In this document: piece after piece, positions 34,956 to 45,117 of the stretch
Layout of the letters: each line of letters begins with the position of its first letter
How positions within the stretch are numbered: the stretch's first letter is position 1
From: Chlorokybus atmophyticus
Lineage: Eukaryota > Plantae > Mesostigma and Chlorokybus algae
DNA length: 45,117 nt
Direction: 5' to 3'
Assembly: GCA_009103225.1 (NCBI GenBank)
Contig: RHPI01001302.1
Span: forward strand, 1 to 45,117
Notes under the pieces: model-generated
Database searches by the model: none
What the model saw: only the letters and a program-made list of their open reading frames with translations
What the model was told of the DNA's origin: nothing
Made by a program: the position numbers and the translations under genes

Positions 34956-37441
34956 CAATCAGCAACAATGCTGCTACTGAAGAGACTCCTGTGGCTAACA
35001 ATGTGCTAGCCCAACAACCTCCGAACCATGCTCCCTTTTCCCCCTCCGCAACGTCACTTCCTCGCTCACCTACCTTTTCCGGTTCTGGCTGCTGCTCTTT
35101 TGCTTGCCACCTCCCGCCTTCTTTGCAGCAGTCTTCTTGCTCTCATCTCCAATCAGGTTGGCAGGCCAGCGCAAGTCATCTCCTGCCTCAACTTTCCCAC
35201 GTCCGTAAGATCACGTCATCACTCCATGTGTGGCCCACATTTGCACCAGCAGTTAGCTTCAGCAAGCTCTTACCTTGCACCATTGTCACCAGCTCATCAC
35301 CACCGCGCTTGAATGATATTGGCAGACTCGCTGCTGGAGGTGTGTTAACCTTTCCATCTACCACGCGCGGTGCTTGGGTGATGATGTGGTGCACCTGCAC
35401 CACAACATTGCCCTTCCCAATGTTGGTGTCCTGGAACTCTGCGTCGGGGTCTACCAGGTTCACGGTTGCGTGGGCTACCGAATAGATGCTGTCCTCCACG
35501 AACAACCTCACCGACTTCCCGCTGTCAAGTAGCTTCCCGTGCATGTTGACTACCTGCAAATGAAGACTAGCTCGAGTCAGTTTACGCCTTTGCACACACC
35601 AGCTTGCCAGCGCCCTTACCTCGTCGCAGTCCTCATTCTCCGCGTCATTGTTGTCGTCTTCGCTGCTGGCCTCCTTGTCGCTCTCGCTGCTTTTTTCGTC
35701 TTCGCTACTGTCTTCTTCTTATTCATCGCAGGAGCTGCCGCTGGCTGCTGAAAACTCTTACTGCGGATCACACAAATTGTGTATGAAAATGCGTGGCCCG
35801 CGCGCGTGTGGGAGTCAGCAGCTGTGCGGCACTTGTGCGAGCTCACATTACTGCGCTGACTCTTCTTGTGTTTCTTGCTTTTCTTTAGAGCCTTGCCCTT
35901 CTTCATACGCCTCTCCTCACTCCTTTTCTTCATGTTCTTCCTCCTCTCCTCCTCCTCCTGCTGCTGTTTCTTCTTCTTCTCCTTTGCAGCCTGCTCTGAG
36001 ATGTAAGTAATTAGCAGACCATTCAATTACAGTTTTTGTTGACTTATGTTACCTGAGCAGCTTGTGTTCTTACTGGCGTAGTCGTAGGGCTCGCTTTTAC
36101 TGCAGCTGTTGCTCCATCCTGCAGCAACATGTCATCTACTCATCTGTTACGAGCTTGCACAGCCTCAAAGCTTCCCCCAGTTCAACCTATGCACCAGTAG
36201 CCGCCTGCCACTGGTTGCCTGAGCCTTCACCGGAATTCCTTACAGAAGAGGAAGGTGCCGACTTGTTGCTGCCTTTCCCAGAGTCTCTCAAGCATTTCTT
36301 GCAGGCCTCCTCCTCTGCCTCTTGTTCTGTGCACGTCAACTACTAGTTGAGGTATTTGTACCACAAGGAGACACACACACACGCGCGTGCACTGGGCTGT
36401 TTACCGGCTAAGGTCTTCAAGAGTTGTTTCGCAGCAAATAACTGCAGGGTTGACCGTGCATACATTGTCATCAGAAGATCACCTTGACAAGCAGAGCTGC
36501 AAAAGATCTACCACCTTGTTCGGATGTCTCTTCAGCTCATTGAGGGTCGCCAACATGTTCTTTTTTTTTCCTTGTATTGCCGATTTTGCTCCTTCTTCTT
36601 TTCGCGATACTCAGGTTCACCCAATCCTTCGTGGTTTGGCAGAAAGTCCTGAACCTACCTCGGACCTGCACCATGACCAGTTACAGGATGACCAGTTACA
36701 TGATAACTATTTACGTTAACCAAGTTCATTTTCCAGCCATGCAGTAGTCTGTCAACATCATCTTGCTAGCTGAATTTCACAAAGGTCACTGCGTTGCTGC
36801 TTGATGCAGTCACTCACTGACTTAAGGCAACAGAGCTGTTACCTTTTTAGTAGGCGTCCGGGAGATAGAGCTTGAGCATAGCCACTGCAAGTTGGTAGTT
36901 GAGTGGCGGCTGCTCCCATTGATTCTTCCTAAAACGCAGCCCAACATCTCTTGCAATCCGCCTCTTCTCCTGCAAAATGTCGGCTGTCCTTTCTGCAATG
37001 GTCATATGCCGACCTCGCCATGAGTACTCCATCATCATCTGCAATCAAAATTGAAGTCGTGCTGGTGCGCTTCTGTGCTGAGCATGCAGTGCTTAAATGC
37101 TTCAGTACATTGCTGTAGTGCTTTGCATGCTTCTACTATAGTCCTTTGCATGCTTCTATTACAGTTGGGTGCATGCTTTAGTGCTTTGCATGCTTCTACA
37201 AGTGCATGCAAGGCTGCCACCAAAGAAACACATGCTGAAACATTGCCTTTGTTGGCTGGAGAGCCAAGCTCATGGTCCTGATTGCGGCAGCTACATGGTT
37301 GTCTGCAGCATGCCAGTTGTCATGCAGCTGCTCCTCAGAGGGTTCGCCTTCTTGGCCAAAGTGGGGTTCCATAATGTGGATCGGCATCCAGGGGTTCTCC
37401 GGTGGTTCATTGTCCGTGGACCTGCTGGCTTCTCCTGACAT
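34956..37441 (-). pseudogene. Multi-exon gene with a C-terminal domain resembling En/Spm TnpA (Tnp1)-type accessory proteins
   Basis: VAHATVNLVDP...IGKGNVVVQV...VTMVQ|GDDLRWPANLI after removing a GT-AG intron; Lys/Glu-rich and acidic exons; about ten in-frame TAA/TAG. Confidence 0.5.
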
Positions 37442-39046
37442 TCTTGCTACCCTTCACTAGTGCTCTTCTCAAAACCCCAAGACCCGCTGCCAACAACCTC
37501 ACCGCCCGCAACCACACCACCAACAACCTAACCGCCCCTGCCACTGACCACATCTACCGCAGCTGAAAGCTTTACGTGCAGCTCGAAGCTACTCTCGCAG
37601 CTCCCGCAGCTCCCGCAGACAAACCGTGTGTTGCATCGTTAGATTGGACGATCAGCAGCAAAAACTCCAAATGGTGACCGTCCAATTGCTCACGCAGAAA
37701 CCGCACAACTCTACTCTACTATATTCTACTCTACTCTCAAGTGCGGACACAACTTGTGCGGCAGTTAGCACTTGCCGCGTGTCACATATGGCTAAAAGGT
37801 GACAGCTGAAGTTTCGTTTTGAGTTTTCAATGTCCAATGCTGCACATGCTTTTTAGCATACCCTATGCCCAATGCTGCATTGCCAAGTAGGTTAAGTTAC
37901 TGTACAAGCACACCCGAACATCCGCCTACTTTGACACGGCGGTGGCGGCGGTGGTGGTAGTTTTGCTGAAAGATGGACCCCCCTGTACCCATGCGCACCA
38001 TGACTGAGGCATTAACGGAGGCGCTCCTCGCAGTTGGGCATCGATTGGTGGGACTGGGTCAGGTCTTGACACAACCGTGGAACGGCTATGTAGACTCTGG
38101 CGATGCTCGCTATCATCAGGTATCTTTCTCGCTATACATGGTGTGAGTTGCGTGCGCTATGTCACTCTGCATGCTGCTGACTATGCATGCCACTATGCAT
38201 GTGCCATACTGTTGCGCATTGTTTGTACATGCGTATGCCTTGTGTGCGATTTGGGTTGAGTTTGCCTGCGGAGTGTGCATATGTTTGTCCTGCTATGATA
38301 GGAACGCCTATATATGTGCACAGCTCTGATTGCTACCATGCAACACACTTGCGCGTTACATGCTGTGCATGTCATGCCATGCTACTGCCTGAATGCGTGT
38401 CCAACTCATGTCTATAACAATAGAGGCGCTGCCTATGCATTGCATCAACTTCTGGCGCACGTTTATAAATGAATGCGATGCAACATGCGAGTTAACCTGT
38501 AAACTTGTTTGTCAGGTCCAGTTATGCAATTGGGAGCTTTTAAGTCGTGGAATTGTTCATCAGGCACCCGCTGCGATTGCAGCTACAGTACAAACCGGTG
38601 TGTATGTGGCAGTCTCCGTGCATGAGAACACTCCATCGCTTCCTGATGCGCCTCTTCCTACTCACTATCATTGACTCGGGCATATGGCGCTGCTGGCCTG
38701 CGCGCTGTGATTAAGTGCGACAACAATATTGCTATACGCTGGAGTGTGTTTACTGGCTCCCAAGTCCCTGCACCTGGTGCAACGCCCGGTACCAGTCTCA
38801 CACCAACTTGTAATGGAGTTTTCCCTACTCGCGACCCGCCTAGTGAACTTAGTGACTCTAGTGACTCGTCCCAACATCGCAATATGTTTTCCCTGCCGGC
38901 CGACTATATACTGGCAACGGCCGTGCACCTGAGGACGCTAATTTAGACTGTTGTGGCTCAGGCCACCTGTAATCTTGATACAGGGACCTAATAGTAACTT
39001 TCGTTACTGTAAGGCCCTTTTTGTTACAAATTAGTCTTTAACAGTT

Positions 39047-39345
39047 GACTTTGCCTAACTAACAGGCGCCTGTTAGTTACCTATCAGGCTCTATCAGGTG
39101 ACTTTATATAATTAACAGGCACCTGTTAGTCACACACTAGGCCTTAACAAATGACTTTGTGTAATTTACAGGCAACTGTTAGTTACACATCAGGCCTTAT
39201 TAGGTGACTACAACTAATCAACGGGCACCTGTAAGTTACACATCAGTCTTACCTAGGTGACTCAGCCTATGTGACAGGCACCTGCAGGTTACACACCAGT
39301 CCAGCGCAGGCGACTAAGCCTAATTCACAAGCACCAACTAGGTAA
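39047..39345. repeat. 53-bp tandem array (~5.5 units) with palindromic core
   Basis: GACT register at 39047, 39100, 39153, 39206, 39259 and 39312; core TAACAGGCGCCTGTTA. Confidence 0.9.
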
Positions 39346-39695
39346 TTATCGTCAAAATAAGGCATTCTTCAACAACTGAAGATGACCAATGCCTAACTGT
39401 CGTCATATGTATTTGCATAGCTTGACTACACGCGACTGTCACTGACTTCCAGCATTGTTATGTGCCCGTGCTGTGTACATGTACCTGAAATGTGTACAGT
39501 GTCTCTCAGTCACTTGCCAAGGCTTGTGGTTCGATGACGTGACTCGAATGCAGTTCTGTTGTATATCATAGGGATGCAAGTATTGATGTGCATGAGCATA
39601 TTGACGATTGACTGAGCTGGTTTAAGATGCACAACACTCAGTCACAAGAGCCTTGTAGCTATGTACACTACCAGCTAAACGGACTACCAACTGCG

Positions 39696-41523
39696 CTACA
39701 GCTCCTCTCCATCATCGCTGGTCTCGTCATTACGGAACAAAGCACCACGCGCTGGGGCCTGTGGAGGAGACGCCGGAGCTTGCTCTTCCTCCTCAAACGG
39801 TTGTGCCAGCCAATCAAATGCCGCTTCCGCCTCAGCGAGCGGGTCACGAGCTGCTGTCTCTTGCGGCCGGCGCCGATTGGGATCTTTCACGTATTCGACA
39901 CAAGATGCAGTGCGGCGTTTCACAAGGGTGAATGGCTGGAGGGCTGCGTACCATTGCCTCATCTCCCGCTTCATTGACATGATCATGGTGTTGATTTCGC
40001 TGAGGTACTCTTCATGTGTGTCTATGCTGGCAGCTAGGAGAGGGTCTCCATCCTTGCCCTTTAGGATGCGCTCCACCTGCGTAGTTTACAGGCATGTCTT
40101 AGTGGCATCGAAAGCCACTATTCACTGCAACGCGTCTGCAAGCCTGTAGTTTGGGGCTACAGCGTTCCTGAATTGCTAATGATGGAGTTCAGAGTGCTCA
40201 CCGTAAGCAACAGGTATGCGAGGTGGTTGACTGTCAGCTGCCGGCGACCAGGTGTAGTGACGGCGTATGACCAGCATTACACGATCATTTGCCAGATGAT
40301 GGGATTGCCCCATTCATGGATGTATCTCCTCCGCTCCGGGTCTGCAGTGTCGGTCACCCCAAATCTCCGCCATGACTTGTCTGCGACAGTCATACCGACA
40401 AGGCATTAGTCACGAAATAGATAGTTCAAGTTGAGCCTGCACCAGGCTAGAATAGTGCCTGTGACTTACTTTGGAGCGCGTTGCGCATCTGGGCTTTTTG
40501 GGTCTCGGGGTCCATTAGGGCGTCGATGTGCCTGATTGAATCGGTTACAATAGGCGAGATGAGTACGTGTGTATGGAGGCTGAGTAAGAAGGCAGTGTTG
40601 CATAGCAGACATGGTGGTGAGGGACCCAACTCACTTGCGCTTGTTGCTGTTAAACAGTGTCCACTTGTACTCCTTCTCAAGGACATGCTTGATCTTGGTG
40701 ACGTTCTCAGACCGGACCTGCGTAGCTTTCTTCAGGGCGACACTCCAGTGGAAGGGGCACTCCTTGGGAGTCCAGTACACCTCATAGAACTTGGCCGCAT
40801 CGGCCTCGTCGTCATGGTCGAAGCCAACTACCTGTCACGGGCAGGTTGGTCAGTGTCACGGTGCAGTGCGGTCATGAAGCATTCACAGCACCTGACACAT
40901 GACGTTACGAATAGTGTCCTCCTTGGGATAAACGTGGCTCTCTACCCAGTGGCCGTTTATGATTTCAACGACGGCATCTCGCAAATGCTGTCCACAGAAG
41001 AACAATCCGTTACACACATACACACAGTGTCACAGTGTCACACAGTGCTTACCTCGTTGCCAATCTTCCACTTGCTTGGGGAAGGGTTGCTGACGGCCGA
41101 GGTTGCCACGTCACGGCCAAATGCGTTTGGGTTGGGGGTTCCAATCGACCCTCTGCAAGCACAACCACATGAGTCATGCTGCCAGCCATGAAAGATGCAA
41201 CCCTCACAGTTGCAAAAGAAGAACAACGTGCACAGTGTATCCAGAACGCATGCAGTGAGTCACTGTGCTAGTCATGATAGAAGCAAGCATCCAAGTTAGA
41301 AGTTGAGCAAGAAGCAACGTGCACAGTGCATCAAGAACGCATGCAGTCTAGCTTGCCCTTGCGACTGCGGTGTCAGGTGGAGTTGTTGTGATGTGCTGGG
41401 CGTTAGCGCGGGGTCTTGCTGCGATTGGTTGGCGACGGTTGCCTGGTTGAACACTGGGGGCAATGTGGACAACTGGCGCCGACCTCCACGACGAGGTGCA
41501 CTTACGGATGGACCACGAGGCAT
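39696..41523 (-). CDS. Multi-exon gene of unknown function inside a probable CACTA element; one in-frame TAA at 40277
   Basis: Phase-compatible GT-AG exons: SKWKIGNE|HLRDAVVE...VMCQ|VVGFDHDD...NKRK|HIDALMDP... and ...YLLLT|VERILKGK... Confidence 0.55.
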
Positions 41524-41651
41524 CTCTCCAACTGATAGTCGGGTGCCGCCTGTTTAGCTGTAAGTGGCGCTGCCGCCTCCAACGCTGCCGCCGCCGGTTG
41601 GCCCGCCCGAATGTATGAGGCGCGAAAACGAAAATGAGGCGGTTTTGAACG

Positions 41652-41685
41652 TCTAGAGTCCCGCACTAGAGTCGCACTTGTAGTG
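41652..41685 (-). mobile_element. CACTA-type terminus
   Basis: Minus strand reads CACTACAAGTGCGACTCTAGTGCGGGACTCTAGAC, ~160 bp upstream of the minus-strand gene. Confidence 0.55.
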
Positions 41686-41929
41686 CGTCCTTGCTCCTAT
41701 GGTTGATGGTACGACTTATGCATTCGTGCCATGCATGCTTCGTACAACCATTGTTACCAATGGTTGTGTCGTAACATTTATGGTACGACAGAGGCATCTC
41801 TCGTCCAACCCCAGCGATTGCCGTACAATGGCTCTGTCGTACCATCCATGGTACGACAGAGGCATTGCTCGATCAGCCCAAATGGGAGTTAGCATGCACT
41901 CACCCAAACACGCTTCATTGATGGCCGGA

Positions 41930-44900
41930 TGATGGCACGCAGGGGCACCAGGTCGATGACGGGTCGAATGTCAGGCTTGATGGGCCTGGGTTCGACTAGG
42001 AGGCGGAGGACCAGGAGTCGGAGGAGGCGGCGGCGGCGGCGGCGGCGTGGCACATCTTGCGAGAAGTTGTGGTCGTAAGAGTTCAAGCAGCGAAGCCAGC
42101 TACTACCGGTCGCCACGTCATGGATCATGGCAGGCGTCAGCAATGGGGCTGTCCAACATGCATCACCAACATTGGACAAACCAGCAGGCAAGCCATTAAA
42201 GACCATCTTCACACAGAGAGCTGCTTGGTGGCTCGCTTTCTGCAACAGGGAGTGGATCAGGAGCTGCAGTCCTTGGAGCCCCTTGTCAGAACCATGCGGG
42301 ACCAATTGCGGCTGTGGGAACAAGCACAAAGGAATGCAGAGGTACGCTCAACAGTCACATGCATTTCCTTGCAAGAGCAATTTGTTTTTTAGCGCAGTCC
42401 ATGTGATATATGTAGCGTGGCTGCAGGCCTCCACTATTCACCCATACCCACCCTACAGTCAAGCCGACATTGCGGAAGCAAGAGCAGATAGACAGAGCTG
42501 GGCGGCGGTATGTTGTTGCCAATCTCGCTGTGCATGTTGACTGCAATGTCGGCTCCAATGCATGCCTACCTTTCCATGCTAGGATGTGCGTGAGCGTGCG
42601 AAGTCGCGCGCGCGTGCCGAACGAAGTAGGCTGGGTTTGAGCACAGGAGCGCGTGGCCATTCGTCCGGCATTCAACCAATAGTGCATCAACCAGCAATGA
42701 CGCAGTCCATGCAATCATTCGTGCATCAACCAGCAATGCCGCAGGTGACTGTTCGAAGCAACCAACTGATGACGGTGTGACGCAGTTGACTATTGCAATT
42801 GCAGTGTCGCAAGCATGCAGCTAACCCACATGTGATTGGTTGACAGCACCACAGTGCACTAAGTCCTGTTGGAGCTCCTATGCAAGCCTGGATTCAATCC
42901 CATCAACTGGTCCTTCAATCCCACTTGCTGATGGGCGCGGCGGCAATGCGGCATCAGTTTAACATGCATGTTGGCCTGTTGAATCCCGACATGTCCATTG
43001 GGGCAGTGGCGCATGATGTGCCCATGGCTCAAGAGCTCCGTGACGAGTCTGCCATCGAGGGTGGCGGGGAGAGTGCAGCCAATACCACCTTGTCAGCCCC
43101 CATGGCTTCCCCTGCTCCATGCAGCCCACGGGCCATTGAGGTAAGTCGCTGTCTTTTATGCTCGTGCCTTGGTAACAATGCGTCAGGCACTGCATAAGCT
43201 TATATTCGTCCTTTGCAACATTGTGAGCCATCTTATCCTGGGTCCTGTATACAGCCCCCCTTGCTGCATGCACAAGTGGTCTCACCTGCAGCTCCTGCTC
43301 CCCTCCCAGCCAGAGCGCAACCACCTTCCGCGGCACCAGTCCTTCGTGCACTGCCATCTCCTCCACGAGCAGCACCGGGGATTGCGGGCAACAATCCTTC
43401 TTGCCGCCACCGGCGAGACCACAGCACAATGCAACAACCGATGTGGCTTCTGCACCTACCTTACCCCACCCGCTGCAAGTTGAAGCCGGCAGTCTGCCCC
43501 AAACTCAGGTACTTTATCAGTCACTGTGACTCTTGCCGTCCACAGTTGGACACACCATGTGAGTGCTGTATGCGCATGCAGCAGGGGTCACCACCTGCCA
43601 GCGAGTCATCAGAGGAGCTGGCCGCAACCCGCATACGGCCATCAGTCATGCTAGGTGGCCAGCTCGCCTCATGGGACCACTTCAATGCGCCAACGGATGG
43701 TAACTGCTTCTACCATTGTGTATTTCGCGCCAGGCCATCCATAGCGCAAAGTGTCCTGGATGATCACAAGTGCCCCAGCTCGAGCAGATTTTGGGCCATG
43801 CTGGACACCATGGACGACGACGGCAGGGGGCACACTCTCCGCAAAATCACCGCCAAGGCTGTCGATGCAGGCGTGGCGAGCAGAATCCTAGACTTCTGCA
43901 GAGCCACTGGTGCCGCGGGAGAGATGGCGCAGTATTACGACAAACTGCCTGCGACCATGTTGGCTGATATCAACTGCAACATTGACCTAGCCATGGCCAA
44001 GGTGCGACAGATCGTGCGGAGAAAAGATGTGTACGTCGAGCACCTGCAGATGACCATGTTTGCCAACAAGCTGGGCTTGTTGATTGGCTGCGTGACCGTT
44101 CAGCGCGAGCATGGGGAGTGGGTGCCACGGACTGGCAGCGCAGTTTGGGTTGGAAATAAAGAAGCCCCCAACTCAGTCCTGGTGGTGGGCAACACTGCTC
44201 TTGATGAGCCCGAAGCACACTTTTGGCTCCTCAAGCCTGCAAGCACCGAACAGTGGTCGTGGCCTATGCATGAAGTGCCACCGGAGGTAACACACCTGAT
44301 CGGAGAGTGGCGGCATGGCGTTGCCAATTCCCCGCTACCACCGGCTGTGACCCAGAGTGCTGCGCCAACGCCTCAGGCCTCGCCTTCGTGTGCTAGGCAA
44401 GAAGTAGCCGAGTGTTCTGCACATCCTGCCTCCCCTCAACCACAGCCACATGCTCGCAATCCCAATTCAGCACCCTCCCTTCCTGTCGCGGAGACTCACT
44501 TGCCACCGCACTCTGACCATCCGGAGGCATCTCCATTCAAAAGCAGCTGTAGCTCGCCCTCTCCCTCTAAGCTTGCCACATTGATCCCAGCCTGTCTTGT
44601 TGGTAAAGAGATTGATCGAGGTGTCCTGAAAGCTGCGCTGAAAGACAAAGGCTTCATGCTCGACCTCATGAAGCAACATGAGGTCGTGGAACGGGAGGCA
44701 ACCAACAAGCGCAAGGCTGTGGAGCAAGAAGACAACGCCCTACCTCCTCTGAGTGACAGTGCCACGGAGAGCGCCTGCCAGGATGTGCAGGGTGACACAA
44801 AAAAAAAAGAAGAAGGTTGTTGGAACAAAGGACGCTGACAGGACCAAAAAAGGAAAGGTGAGGCATCGTTACAACATTAGAAGAAGCGCAGCGCCTTGAA

Positions 44901-45117
44901 GCCTCACTGGGGCTGACTGTGTGTCCTGAGTAGGCACAGGCGGGTTTACAGCGTAAAGTGGCTGCTCAGCATCGTCCAGAGAGACAGCCGGTGCGGCACG
45001 AGCTGCCTAAGCTCAAAGCACCGACGCGCAGTCGCTTTGGGGGGCTGACTCGTAGTGCAAAGGAGTTGATCACCCTACAGTACGCCCAAGACGCGCTGCA
45101 TCACCGCATGCGGCATG
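41930..45117 (+). CDS. Spliced gene with a zinc-finger-like motif and an OTU-like cysteine protease domain (~43670-44240); probably continues beyond the window
   Basis: CPTC-x12-HLHTESC near 42145; FNAPTDGNCFYHC ... EHLQMTMFANKLGLLI ... AHFWLL. The stop at 44836 follows an A10 run and may be a homopolymer frameshift. Confidence 0.65.

Noticed and set aside
38594-38602. ACCGGTGTG as the partner TIR of CACACCGGT at 25482
   Set aside because: Only 9 bp match and there is no TSD; compatible with chance.
39047-39345. CRISPR-like appearance of palindromic repeats (also the 94-bp repeat at 12464)
   Set aside because: Whole units are homologous with no unique spacers, there are no cas genes, and the context is eukaryotic.

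Overview
Eukaryotic, GC-rich, intron-containing DNA (probably a green alga; inference) made almost entirely of nested, partly decayed transposable elements. 1-12.2 kb: at least four Ty1/copia insertions, all with TGTTGA...TCAACA LTRs and, where present, the half-tRNAiMet PBS GGTTATGGGCCCA. They include a full-length copy with TTCAG TSDs and a solo LTR with AGAGC TSDs, both inside a spliced coiled-coil pseudogene. 13.4-22.8 kb: a Ty3/gypsy element whose polyprotein carries a complete C5-cytosine DNA methyltransferase between protease and RT and a PHD finger after integrase; this is the top finding. A second diverged copy of its 3' end lies at 33.0-34.1 kb. 22.9-31.2 kb: a spliced CACTA/EnSpm Tnp2-like transposase, three of whose introns are homologous to each other. 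It is interrupted by a defective copia, an orphan insert and an interstitial TTAGGG tract. 31.4-45.1 kb: an LRR gene remnant, two multi-exon CACTA accessory-type genes, a CACTA terminus and a zinc-finger/OTU protease gene. In-frame TAA/TAG codons at Gln-like positions recur across unrelated genes. All calls come from manual motif reading; no database search was run, and boundaries without TSD or splice support are approximate.
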